From Dehalococcoidia bacterium (GTDB taxonomy: Bacteria; Chloroflexota; Dehalococcoidia; Plut-88900), in the NCBI GenBank assembly GCA_965197645.1, contig OZ240219.1, positions 1,664,001-1,728,000 on the forward strand: DNA of 64,000 nucleotides, in the 5' to 3' direction. The first letter of the stretch is position 1, and every line of letters starts with the position of its first letter. The translations under genes and the position numbers were made by a program. Positions 38,549 through 48,473 of this stretch are shown one piece after another. The notes under the pieces were generated by a model. The model did not search any database. It was not told the DNA's origin and saw only the letters and a list, made by a program, of their open reading frames with translations.

Positions 38549-41011
38549 ATGAGCTTCGCAGAGGTAGCAGTAGACGCCCCTTGGACGCAACAGAGGACAT
38601 TTAGCTACTCCGTTCCCAACGAGCTCTCCGTACAGGCAGCCCAATCGGTCTGGGTCCCCTTCGGACGGCGGGTCCTTCAGGGGATAGTTTACGAGATTGG
38701 CCCCACCTCCGCGGTCGAAGAGACCAAGGACGTAATCTCCGTAATCGATCCTTCTCCCCTTTTGTCGCAAGCACAGCTAAATCTGGCCCGCTGGATCTCA
38801 GGGCGCTATCTCACCTCCCTGTTTGACGCCACGGCCCTGATGCTTCCCGCTGGTTTTCGCAGGCGAATCCTCACCTTCTTCTCCATCGCTCCGGTCTGCC
38901 ATGACAAGCCTTCAAGCCCCGGTCAGAAACGGGTCTTCGATTACGTGCAACGCCGGGGCACGGTGGAGCTGGAATCCATGAAGAAGGGTCTTGGCGTCAA
39001 GGCGGTCAATGCGGCGGAAAGAATGGCCAAGAAAGGCATTCTAAATCGTGAATGGCGTTGGGCCAGGCCGAAAATAGGGCCCAAGTACGTCAATGCTGTA
39101 CGGCTGGCCATCGACAAAGACGAAGCTGCCATTCAGATGGAGGCGCTGAGGAAAAAGCGGGCTACCCGGCGATCGGCTCTTATCGGGGCCCTGGTAGACC
39201 ACGACGGGCCAATCTCATCCACCGAGCTGCGGGGCTTGGACATCGATCCCTCAGTGGCGAGAGCGCTGGAGGAGCAGGGGCTGGTAACCATCGAACGGGT
39301 CCGCGTGCACCGGGACCCGTTGGGATACAAGAGCTTCCAGCGATCTTCCCAGCCCCGGCTCACCCGACACCAGCAGGAAGCCTGGCAGACCGTATCCGAT
39401 TCCATGGACCGGGGTGAAGCGAGACCGTTCCTTCTATACGGGGTCACCGGCAGTGGAAAAACCGAAATATACCTCAGAGCCCTGGAAAAGGCTGTGGCCC
39501 TCGGTAAGCGGGGCCTGGTCCTCGTGCCGGAGATATCTCTCACGCCCCAGACCATCGACCGGTTCGGCTCCCGATTTCCGAACAGGGTTGCAGTGCTCCA
39601 CAGCCGGTTGTCCCTGGGGGAGCGGTTCGATGAGTGGTGGCGGATAAAAGAGGGGCAGTTCGACGTGGTGATAGGCTCGAGGAGCGCGGTCTTCGCCCCT
39701 CAGCCGGACCTGGGTCTGATTGTGCTCGACGAAGAGCATGACGCCGCATACAAGCAGGCCGACCCGGCGCCCCGGTATCACGCTCGAGAGGTGACATTGA
39801 AGCTGGCCCGGGAGACCGGCGCCACGGTCGTGTTGGGAAGCGCTACCCCGGACGTCGGCATCTACCACAGGGCTAGCCAGGGTGAGTTCCAGCTACTGGA
39901 GCTGCCCGAACGGATTATCGCCAACGGCCCCTCGCTCCGAGAGGACAACGGCTCTGCGCAGTACCAGGTGAAGGAGAAGCCGCAGCTTCCCCAGGTACAG
40001 GTAGTCGACATGAGGGCGGAGCTGCGAGAGGGCAACAGGAGTATCTTTAGTAGTGCCCTCACCGGGGCCATAGACTCCGCTCTGTCCAGCAGGGAACAGA
40101 TAATCCTGTTTATCAACCGCCGGGGGACCGCGGCTTTCATCCAGTGCCAGGACTGCGGCTACTCCTCCAAATGCAAGAGATGCGAGGTAAGTCTGACGTA
40201 CCACTCGTCCTGGGAACGGCTGGTGTGCCATCACTGCGGCTACAACACCACCAGGCCGAAGACCTGTCAGGAGTGTGGCAGCCAGCGGCTCGGCTATCTG
40301 GGTCTAGGGACGCAAGGGGTGGAGGAGGAGATGCTCAGAGCTTTTCCCAGCGCCAGGTTGCTCCGCTGGGACAGAGACGTCACTGGCGGCAAGCACTCCC
40401 ACGAGGAGATACTGCAGAAATTTCTTTCCCACGAGGCCGATGTACTGATAGGGACCCAGATGATAGCCAAGGGCCTGCACATGCCCCGGGTGACGCTGGT
40501 AGGGGTGATAAGCGCCGACGTCGGCATCAACCTGCCGGACTTTCGGGCGGGCGAGAGAGTATTCCAGGTATTGAATCAGGTGGCCGGGCGGGCCGGCCGC
40601 GGGCCTTTGGGGGGCAGCGTGATAGTCCAGACTTTCAACCCGCACCACTATGCCATCGAAGCGGCGGCCCACCACGACTACGCCGGGTTCTACAAGCAGG
40701 AGATGACCTATAGAAGGCATCACCATTACCCTCCCTTCAGCAGGCTCGCCAGGCTGGTCTATACCCACACAGGTATGGCCCAAACCCGTGAGGAGTCCCA
40801 GCGGATGGCCAAGGAGCTGAGACGAGAGGTGGAGGTCAAGGGGACTCCAAACACGGACGTCCTGGGCCCGGTGCCCTGCTACATACCCAGGGTTAGAGGC
40901 AGGCACAGGTGGCAGATTCTGGTCAGAACGTCCGAACCTGAAGTGCTCCTAAAAGATATCCCGTTGCCGGAGCGATGGGCAGTCGATATAGACCCGGCAA
41001 CCCTTCTTTGA
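38549..41011 (+). CDS. priA: Primosomal protein N'
   Basis: GVTGSGKTE, DEEH, GSATP, four CxxC motifs, GTQMIAKG, QVAGRAGR. Confidence 0.97.
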   Translation: MSFAEVAVDAPWTQQRTFSYSVPNELSVQAAQSVWVPFGRRVLQGIVYEIGPTSAVEETKDVISVIDPSPLLSQAQLNLARWISGRYLTSLFDATALMLPAGFRRRILTFFSIAPVCHDKPSSPGQKRVFDYVQRRGTVELESMKKGLGVKAVNAAERMAKKGILNREWRWARPKIGPKYVNAVRLAIDKDEAAIQMEALRKKRATRRSALIGALVDHDGPISSTELRGLDIDPSVARALEEQGLVTIERVRVHRDPLGYKSFQRSSQPRLTRHQQEAWQTVSDSMDRGEARPFLLYGVTGSGKTEIYLRALEKAVALGKRGLVLVPEISLTPQTIDRFGSRFPNRVAVLHSRLSLGERFDEWWRIKEGQFDVVIGSRSAVFAPQPDLGLIVLDEEHDAAYKQADPAPRYHAREVTLKLARETGATVVLGSATPDVGIYHRASQGEFQLLELPERIIANGPSLREDNGSAQYQVKEKPQLPQVQVVDMRAELREGNRSIFSSALTGAIDSALSSREQIILFINRRGTAAFIQCQDCGYSSKCKRCEVSLTYHSSWERLVCHHCGYNTTRPKTCQECGSQRLGYLGLGTQGVEEEMLRAFPSARLLRWDRDVTGGKHSHEEILQKFLSHEADVLIGTQMIAKGLHMPRVTLVGVISADVGINLPDFRAGERVFQVLNQVAGRAGRGPLGGSVIVQTFNPHHYAIEAAAHHDYAGFYKQEMTYRRHHHYPPFSRLARLVYTHTGMAQTREESQRMAKELRREVEVKGTPNTDVLGPVPCYIPRVRGRHRWQILVRTSEPEVLLKDIPLPERWAVDIDPATLL

Positions 41012-41115
41012 GGTTTACAAGTTTTAGACCATTTCATAAAATGTAGCCCGATTCAATCCTGTGGTCGGCACGGCCTTAATATCTAGTCTAGAAAGCAAAC
41101 TGGTGGAGGCCTAAC

Positions 41116-41643
41116 TTGGCGGTTCGTCCCCTTAGAGTCGTGCCCGATCCGGTCCTTCGGCAGAAGGCCAAGAAGGTACGAAACATAGACGCCTCTATAC
41201 GCAGGCTGGTCGAGGATATGATCGATACGATGCGGGCCAACCATGGGGTTGGGCTGGCGGCGCCCCAGGTTGGCGTGTCCCTCAGGGTTATAGTAATCGA
41301 GATACCGGAGGAGCCGGTACTGACCATGGTCAATCCGGAAATAGTGAAAAGGTCCGGACTGCGGGATGTAACCGAGGGCTGTCTCAGCGTGCCCGGCTAT
41401 CGAGGCGAAATCAAGCGCGCCGAGACGATCACTGCCAAGGGACTGGGCCTTGACGGCAAAGTGGTACGGATCAAGGGCCAGGAGCTTCTCGCCCAGGCTC
41501 TGGAGCACGAAACTGGACATATTCAGGGCAACCTATACACTGACTTGCTGGAGAGCATGGACGATCTCTACAGGCTGGAGCTGGCAGAGGAATCGCCGAG
41601 GATCCATGCCGCCGATCCAGTATCCCACGGTACGGATAGTTGA
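41116..41643 (+). CDS. def: Peptide deformylase
   Basis: GVGLAAPQVG, EGCLS, EHETGHI. Confidence 0.95.
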   Translation: MAVRPLRVVPDPVLRQKAKKVRNIDASIRRLVEDMIDTMRANHGVGLAAPQVGVSLRVIVIEIPEEPVLTMVNPEIVKRSGLRDVTEGCLSVPGYRGEIKRAETITAKGLGLDGKVVRIKGQELLAQALEHETGHIQGNLYTDLLESMDDLYRLELAEESPRIHAADPVSHGTDS

Positions 41644-43130
41644 ACACTGAAACAGAGATAGATACCAACGCTGTCCCTTTCCTGGGGCAGCTGGCAGCAC
41701 ATATCCGAGACCACGCCGGCGAAACCTACCTGGTTGGCGGGTTCCTGCGGGACACTCTCCTGGGTCGATCGACCGGTGACATCGACCTGGCGGTTACGGG
41801 CCCCTTCGAGTCCCTGGCTGGGACCATCGCAGACTCCTTGAACGGTACCCTCGTAGTGCTGGGCAAAGAGGAGCGGGTTGCCCGGGTAGTCTTATCCACT
41901 GACGAAGTCCGCCAGATAGACATCACGCCCATCACCGAGGACATAGCCTCGGATCTGGCGCGCCGAGACTTCACCATAGATGCCCTGGCCGTCTCACTGG
42001 ATTACGCAAACGGCGCACCCTGCGTTGCCGACGTCATCGATCCATTCGGCGGGGTGAAGGACCTTCGAAAAGGGGTAGTCCAGGCAGTGGGTACGGAGGT
42101 CTTCCGAAACGATCCGGTGAGGATGATGAGGGCGGTCCGGCTGTCGGCCGAGCTCGGCTTCTCCATAGACCGGGACACTCGGACCCTCATCAGAAGAGAC
42201 TGCCAGCTGTTGAAGGGAGTACCGGCCGAACGGACAACAGCCGAGTTGTGTCTCATCCTCGCCTCGAACCGCACACACCAATCGCTTGGACTGATGGAGG
42301 ACCTGGGCCTGCTGCGACTGATCATACCGGAGCTGGATGAAAGCATAGGCGTAGAACAGCCGAAGGAACACTACTGGGAGGTCTACGAGCATTTGCTGGA
42401 AACGGTACGCGCCGTCGAGCAGGTCATGGGCGAGACCACCGAAGAGCCCGATGCGTTCATAGGTTCCCTGGACTGGACTGGCGAGTACCTTCATTACCTG
42501 AATGAAGAAATGGCGGGTCCCTGCTCCAGGCGGGGCCTTGCGAAACTGGCGGCGCTTCTACACGACGTGGCCAAACCCCGGACCAAGACCATCCAACCCG
42601 ACGGTAGGATGAGGTTCTTCGGCCACTCCCAAGTTGGAGCCGAAATGGTGGGCCCAATCATGAGGAGGTTGCGGTTCGGTACGCGGGAGACGAGGCACGT
42701 GGAAGCCATAGTACTCCACCATCTCCGGCCGGGCCTGATGAACAGCCCCGGAGAGCCACCCACGCCTAGGGCGATCTACAAGTTCTTCCGCGACGCCGGC
42801 CGCTCCGCCGTGGACACCGTTCTGGTCAACCTATCCGATTACAGGGCCACCCGCGGGCCGATGCTTACCTGGGATGAATGGACCAGATACACGGAAAACT
42901 GCAAGCGTATCCTATCCAAGGGTCTGGAACAGAAGGCCCCTCGCCCTAAGCCCCTGGTCACGGGACATGATCTGATGAAGACGCTGCGAATATCCGAGGG
43001 CCCGCTGGTGGGAAGGCTGCTCGAAGAAGTTAGGGAAGCCCTGGCTGCCGGAGAGATCGATACCCGGGAGCAGGCCCTGGAACTGGCCGGGAAAAAGGTT
43101 GGAGCCTCGGTATCTGAAAGTACCGATTGA
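41640..43130 (+). CDS. cca: CCA tRNA nucleotidyltransferase with HD domain
   Basis: LVGGFLRD..LG...DIDL, DLARRDFTI, DPVRMMRA, LLHDVAK. Confidence 0.88.
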   Translation: MNTETEIDTNAVPFLGQLAAHIRDHAGETYLVGGFLRDTLLGRSTGDIDLAVTGPFESLAGTIADSLNGTLVVLGKEERVARVVLSTDEVRQIDITPITEDIASDLARRDFTIDALAVSLDYANGAPCVADVIDPFGGVKDLRKGVVQAVGTEVFRNDPVRMMRAVRLSAELGFSIDRDTRTLIRRDCQLLKGVPAERTTAELCLILASNRTHQSLGLMEDLGLLRLIIPELDESIGVEQPKEHYWEVYEHLLETVRAVEQVMGETTEEPDAFIGSLDWTGEYLHYLNEEMAGPCSRRGLAKLAALLHDVAKPRTKTIQPDGRMRFFGHSQVGAEMVGPIMRRLRFGTRETRHVEAIVLHHLRPGLMNSPGEPPTPRAIYKFFRDAGRSAVDTVLVNLSDYRATRGPMLTWDEWTRYTENCKRILSKGLEQKAPRPKPLVTGHDLMKTLRISEGPLVGRLLEEVREALAAGEIDTREQALELAGKKVGASVSESTD

Positions 43131-43183
43131 AATCCGTTGCAATTCGTTAATAAACAATAGTGAAGGACTAAGCTGGAGTCGAT

Positions 43184-45601
43184 TTGTTCTCTATTCTCAG
43201 ACTGTTAAGGTATTTGCCGAAGGGCAACGCCCTTCGATTGCTGATAGTAGGCGTGATCTTCGTCCTGGGGCTCATGGCCTTGGCGTTCAACGACCTTTCC
43301 CCCTTTGGCATCGACCGGCAGGGGTTCAGGCAAGGGCTGGACATACAGGGCGGGAGCCACCTGGTGTACGAGGCCCGAGCCGACGAGGACGGGGATATCA
43401 ACGTTACACAAGCCCAGATGGAGGGAGTTGCCAGAATCATCCGCAGGCGGGTGGATGCCTTCGGAGTCGCAGAGCCCATAGTGCAGCGGGTCGGCGACCA
43501 TCGGATCATGGTCCAGATTCCCGGAGTAAGGGACGTGGAGAGGGCCAAGAAGCTGATCGGCGCCACGGCCCAACTGGACTTCCGGGAGCAGAGACTTCGA
43601 GAAGACGGCACCCCCGTTATCGATCTGAACGGGAGCATAATCTGGGACCCGGCCATGGGCACCGGTCGCAGCGGGCAGGCGGTGCACCTGACGGGTCAGT
43701 TCATGCTGCCCAACTCCCAGGTGATCGTTGATCCCACGACGAACCTGCCCAACGTGGCGTTTCAGCTCAATGGCGATGGAGCCAGGCTCTTCGAGCAGAT
43801 CACCGAAAGGCTTCTCGGCCAGCCCCTGGGAATCTTCCTGGACGATCTCTTGATTTCCGCTCCCACCGTTCAAGCGGTAATCCGTGAAAACGGTGTGATT
43901 AGCAACCTCAGCTTGGACGAGGCGGAAGACCTGTCCATTGAGCTTAACGCAGGCGCCCTGCCCATACCAATAGAGCTCATCCGGGAGCAGGACGTGGACG
44001 CTACGCTGGGGCAGGAATCGGTGGACAAGAGCATGGTGGCCGCGGTGATTGGCCTGCTGGCCGTGTTGGTCTTCATGATGCTCTACTACCGTCTGCCCGG
44101 AGCGTTGGCGGCGTGCGCCCTGGTGATTTACGGCATCGTGGTGCTTTGCTCCTTCAAGCTGATACCCGTCACCCTGACCCTATCGGGTCTCGCAGGGTTC
44201 ATACTCTCCATCGGTATGGCGGTGGACGCAAACATCCTGATATTCGAACGTCTGAAAGAGGAGCTCAGGTCCGGAAGAAGTTTGAGAGCCGCCGTCGAGG
44301 CCGGATTCAACCGTGCCTGGCCGGCTATCCGAGACAGCAACGTGTCCACCCTGCTGACCTGCGGCATCCTGTTTTGGTTCGGCGATAAGCTGGGTACCCC
44401 GCTGGTGACCGGGTTCGCAGTGGCCCTTGCCATCGGTGTGGTTACCAGCATGTTTACGGCCATGTTCGTAACCCGCAGCTTCCTCCGGTTCTTCATCGGC
44501 CCCAACCTGGAGACCAAGCTGCATTACTTCAACGTGGACAGAAGAGTTCAAAACGATGAAGACCGAGAGGCAGCGCCGGCGGTCGGCAGGTTGGAGAACA
44601 CCCGGCTAAATCTGGTGGACCGGCGGATGTGGTACATCATTATCTCGGCGATAGTGATACTGCCCGGTTTGATGTCCCTGATCTTTCCACCGGCCTTCAA
44701 GCTCGGCATCGAGTTCTCCTCCGGCGCCACTATAGAGGTATCGTTCATCAATCCCCAGGACGTCGGGCTGCGGAGAGAAGCCCAGGTAACCACCTCGGCA
44801 ATCAGGGACGAGGTAGCCAACCTCGGGCACGGGGACGCCATCGTCCAGAAGCTGGGGTCCAACTCGTTCCTCATTCGAACGAAGGCACTGGCCTCCGGGG
44901 AGCTGGACGATCAGGGCAACGTGGGTCCATCAGAGAGCGAGATGATCAAGAATGCCCTGGAGAGGAGATACGGTCCAACCAGCATAGACAAATTCGAGAT
45001 ATCCTTCGTCTCGGCGATTGTAGCCGCGGAATCGGTGCGCAACGCGGGCATCGCAGTCCTCGTGGCTATATTGGGCATCTTCGTGTACATCGCCTACGCT
45101 TTTCGCAAGATGCCCCACTTCTTCCGGTATAGCTTCGCCGCAATCATCGCTCTCTTCCACGACGTGATCATCATCCTCGGGCTCTTCTCCATCTTGGGCA
45201 AAGTCATCGACATGGAGATCAGCACCATGTTCATCACCGGGCTGCTGGCGGTGATCGGCTACAGCATCAACGATACCATCGTAGTGCTGGACAGGGTGCG
45301 AGAGAACGTTCAGAACCGGGCGGGCGAGAGCTTCGAGCAGATAGTGAACAACAGTCTCCTGGAGACCATGGGCCGATCTATGAATACCAGTCTCACGACT
45401 GCGTTCATGCAGATATCTCTGCTGGTCATAGGCGGCGCCACGCTAAAGCCCTTCATCCTCGTCCTGTTTATCGGTACAATAGTCGGGACGTATAGCTCTA
45501 TCTTCATCGCTACGCAGCTGCTGGTTATCTGGGATAAGCAGGAGTTCGGGCAGCTGTGGCGCAGAGTGCAGGTCAGACTGGCCGGAGCCAGGGAAAACTA
45601 G
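43184..45601 (+). CDS. secDF: Fused protein translocase SecDF
   Basis: GLDIQGG, GMAVDANILIFER (SecD); GIEFSSG, GYSINDTIVVLDRVRE (SecF) in one ORF. Confidence 0.95.
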   Translation: MFSILRLLRYLPKGNALRLLIVGVIFVLGLMALAFNDLSPFGIDRQGFRQGLDIQGGSHLVYEARADEDGDINVTQAQMEGVARIIRRRVDAFGVAEPIVQRVGDHRIMVQIPGVRDVERAKKLIGATAQLDFREQRLREDGTPVIDLNGSIIWDPAMGTGRSGQAVHLTGQFMLPNSQVIVDPTTNLPNVAFQLNGDGARLFEQITERLLGQPLGIFLDDLLISAPTVQAVIRENGVISNLSLDEAEDLSIELNAGALPIPIELIREQDVDATLGQESVDKSMVAAVIGLLAVLVFMMLYYRLPGALAACALVIYGIVVLCSFKLIPVTLTLSGLAGFILSIGMAVDANILIFERLKEELRSGRSLRAAVEAGFNRAWPAIRDSNVSTLLTCGILFWFGDKLGTPLVTGFAVALAIGVVTSMFTAMFVTRSFLRFFIGPNLETKLHYFNVDRRVQNDEDREAAPAVGRLENTRLNLVDRRMWYIIISAIVILPGLMSLIFPPAFKLGIEFSSGATIEVSFINPQDVGLRREAQVTTSAIRDEVANLGHGDAIVQKLGSNSFLIRTKALASGELDDQGNVGPSESEMIKNALERRYGPTSIDKFEISFVSAIVAAESVRNAGIAVLVAILGIFVYIAYAFRKMPHFFRYSFAAIIALFHDVIIILGLFSILGKVIDMEISTMFITGLLAVIGYSINDTIVVLDRVRENVQNRAGESFEQIVNNSLLETMGRSMNTSLTTAFMQISLLVIGGATLKPFILVLFIGTIVGTYSSIFIATQLLVIWDKQEFGQLWRRVQVRLAGAREN

Positions 45602-45611
45602 GGGGTAGGAA

Positions 45612-46487
45612 ATGAGAGAGAAGCTGATTCCGCTGGAGCAGGTCAGCAAGCTGGTCCGGGACGGAGACCAGGTGCTGATGATGGGCGGCATGGAGTTCAC
45701 GCCCATGGCCGTCCTGAGAGAGATAGTCAGAGCCGGGGTCAAGGACCTCCACACCGTCGGAGTGGTAGGCGGGGCCATGAACCTGGACTTCCTCATCGGG
45801 GCCGGCGTCACAAACACCGTCGAAACCTGCGACCTGAGCCTGCCCCCGTATGCTCGGGTGGCTCCCAACTACCTGCGATACCAGAAGGCCGGCCGGGTCA
45901 AGATGAAGGACAACACCTGAGGGATCATGTACAGCATGGTCCAGGCTGGATCAATGGGAGTCCCCTTCGTGCCCACCCTTGGATACGCGGGCACCGACAT
46001 CCTTGAGCGTAGAGAGGACTTCAAGGTGATTCCACACCCCTTCGCGGAGGGTGAACGGATTGTGGTCGCCGAAGCCATTACCCCGGACGTGGCCCTCTTC
46101 CACGGCCCCAGGGCCGACAGGTTCGGGAATGTCCTGGCCGCGAATACGGGAGAGGCGCTGACACTGGCGCTGGCCTCCCGCAAGGTCATAGTCTCCGTCG
46201 AAGAGATTGTTGACGAGGTATCACCTCACGACCACGCCGGAGAGTACATACCCGCCCTGAACGTTACCGCGGTGGTGCATGCTCCCTTTGGGGCGCACCC
46301 CACCGGATGTCCCGGTTTCTACGAAGAAGACGTGGCCCACGTACAAGAGTACGTGGAGGCCTCGGCCTCCGACGATGCCTTCTCCGGGTACTTGGAGAGA
46401 TACGTCTTCGGCCCCGGGAGCCACGACTCTTATCTTGATAGGGTCGAGTTGAAGACCGAGGAGAAGGTGCCGGGACCGGTAGGTTAG
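45612..46487 (+). CDS. CoA-transferase-family alpha subunit with in-frame TGA (probable selenocysteine, codon 103)
   Basis: ORFs 45612-45920 and 45927-46487 are in the same frame: ...KMKDNT-TGA-GIMYSMVQAGSMGVPFVP...PDVALFH..RADRFGN; SECIS-like hairpin follows; selB in window. Confidence 0.8.
45921..45964 (+). promoter_or_regulatory. Candidate bacterial SECIS element
   Basis: Lower stem GGGA/TCCC; upper stem CAT-GGTCCA [GGC] TGGATC-A-ATG; apical G about 23 nt after the TGA. Confidence 0.6.
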
Positions 46488-47233
46488 TGTCCACTACCGG
46501 CGCCGACTGCAAACTGGAAGAGTACCTAGCGGTCCTCCTGTCGCGGGAGGTGCGGGACTTCGAGACCTCCGCCTGTGGAGCGCTCTCCTTCATACCGGCG
46601 GCCGGCCTGATCCTCGCCGAGTCTACTCACGCCTCTCACGGGGAGTACATCATCCTCGGCAGCCCGGCTTACCAGCCCTTCGCCTCTCCCAAAGACTTCC
46701 ACTACTTGGCCCAACGCGGGCAGATGGACCTGTTCTTCATCGGGGCAATCGAGATCGATAAGAGGGCGAATTTCAACCTCCACCTGATCGGTGACCCCGA
46801 CGAGCCGGATGTCCGGATGCCCGGCGGATACGGTACGGGCCTGCTTTACTACGCCGTGCCTCGCATCGTGCTGTTCCGTACCAAGCACGACAGGCGGACG
46901 TTCGTGGAAGAGGTCAATTTCGTGTCGGGGGCCGGCACGTCCCCCGAGGGGATAGCCAGGCGAAACCGAGAGGTCAGGGTGATCACACCGATGTCGATTA
47001 TGGAGCTGGACACGGAGACCCGTCTGCTAAAGCTGGTCTCGATACATGCCGGATACACCCTGGACGACGTTCAGGCAAACACTGGATTCGATCTGGGAGT
47101 GGACGGCGAAGCTCCGGTGACGCCTCCACCGACGAACGAGGAACTGACGAGTCTTCGTACCGTAGCGAAGCAGCGGATGATCGAGAGCGATACCTACGCC
47201 GATCTGGCCAGGTCTCTGATCAGAGAGCCCTAG
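46487..47233 (+). CDS. CoA-transferase-family beta subunit
   Basis: DLFFIGAIEIDKRANFNL, RMPGGYG, H..RTFVEEV.FVS, H.GYTLDDVQANTGF; GTG overlaps the alpha-subunit stop. Confidence 0.85.
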   Translation: MSTTGADCKLEEYLAVLLSREVRDFETSACGALSFIPAAGLILAESTHASHGEYIILGSPAYQPFASPKDFHYLAQRGQMDLFFIGAIEIDKRANFNLHLIGDPDEPDVRMPGGYGTGLLYYAVPRIVLFRTKHDRRTFVEEVNFVSGAGTSPEGIARRNREVRVITPMSIMELDTETRLLKLVSIHAGYTLDDVQANTGFDLGVDGEAPVTPPPTNEELTSLRTVAKQRMIESDTYADLARSLIREP

Positions 47234-48326
47234 CCCGTCTCAACCAGCTTTCGTCGAACCCGGGGCCGGTGTAGACGTTCTTGAGGGTGCGGACCCTTTC
47301 GATCCGCTCTTCAGCCAGCCGGTCTGCGGCTTGGGCCGTGGTCACTCCGTCCGCCTTGGACTTGGCTATGACGTTGGTCATCGTATCGTACACGTTGGCG
47401 GTCATGTCCATGGCGGCTTCCCGGCTGTAGCCCCCTATCTCGCACGCCACGGTTATGATCCCGCCGGGATTGATGGCGTAGTCCGGGGCGTAGAGAATTC
47501 CCGCATCGTGGAGCTCTTTGGCGTGCTCATCTTCCAGGAGCTGGTTGTTGGCCGCTCCGGCGACGATGGGGGACTTGAGCCGGGGTATTGTGTCGCTGTT
47601 TAGGACTCCGCCCAGAGCGCAGGGGGAGAAGATATCGCACTCTACGTCGTAGATATCATCAGGGCTGACTATAGTGGCGCCCATTTCGGAAGCCATGGCT
47701 ATTCGACCCTCGTTAATATCGGCGGCGATGATGTGAGCGCCTTCCTCTTTCAGGTACTCGGCGAAGCTGTAGGCGACCTTGCCGAATCCCTGTATTGCTA
47801 CCGTCTTACCCTCCAGCGAGTCTGAGCCGAAGACCTCTTTGCAGCAGGCCTGAGAGCCTTTGTAGATTCCATAGCCGGTGATCACCTCTGCGCCACCCAG
47901 ACCGCCCCGGGCCTCGGGCAGGCCCGATGCGTAGGGCGTCTCCTTCCGGACGTTGACCAGGTCGTCCACCACCGTACCCACGTCTTCAGTGGTGAGGTAC
48001 CGGCCGCCCAGGGTGTTGATGAATCGACCGTGGGCGCGGAACAGAGCTTCGGTCTTATCGGTGTTGGGGTCGCCGATGATGAGGGCTTTGCCGCCGCCCA
48101 GGTCCAGTCCGGCGAGGGAAGACTTGTAGGTCATGGCCCTGGCTAGGCGAAGTACGTCGAGAAGGGCCTCTTCTTCGGTGGCGAAGGGCCACATGCGGGT
48201 GCCGCCACAGGCCGGGCCCAGGGTGGTATCGTGAACGCAGATGAGGGCTTTCAGCCCCGCTTCCTTGTCGGTATAGATGGCCAGCTCTTCGTACTCGTAC
48301 TGGCCCATGTAATCGAAAATCTTCAA
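47220..48326 (-). CDS. Leucine/valine dehydrogenase (Glu/Leu/Phe/Val family)
   Basis: HDTTLGPACGGTR, MTYK, GGGK, EDVG, QGFGKV, PCALG, GAANNQL. Confidence 0.92.
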   Translation of the reverse strand: MKIFDYMGQYEYEELAIYTDKEAGLKALICVHDTTLGPACGGTRMWPFATEEEALLDVLRLARAMTYKSSLAGLDLGGGKALIIGDPNTDKTEALFRAHGRFINTLGGRYLTTEDVGTVVDDLVNVRKETPYASGLPEARGGLGGAEVITGYGIYKGSQACCKEVFGSDSLEGKTVAIQGFGKVAYSFAEYLKEEGAHIIAADINEGRIAMASEMGATIVSPDDIYDVECDIFSPCALGGVLNSDTIPRLKSPIVAGAANNQLLEDEHAKELHDAGILYAPDYAINPGGIITVACEIGGYSREAAMDMTANVYDTMTNVIAKSKADGVTTAQAADRLAEERIERVRTLKNVYTGPGFDESWLRRARAL

Positions 48327-48473
48327 GGAGTCACCTCCACCGGTTCAATCAAAGCGCGATGGGGCAAGAGCTAGCTTTATTGGATGTTTCGACAGCCCCC
48401 CCCGCTGTGCGACCCTATGATAACACACGGTGCTGCCTATCGACCGGGGATTCGGGAGTTGCGGAGCTGGTCT

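Noticed and set aside
43184-45601. SecD-SecF fusion as a novelty
   Set aside because: Fused SecDF is common in many bacteria
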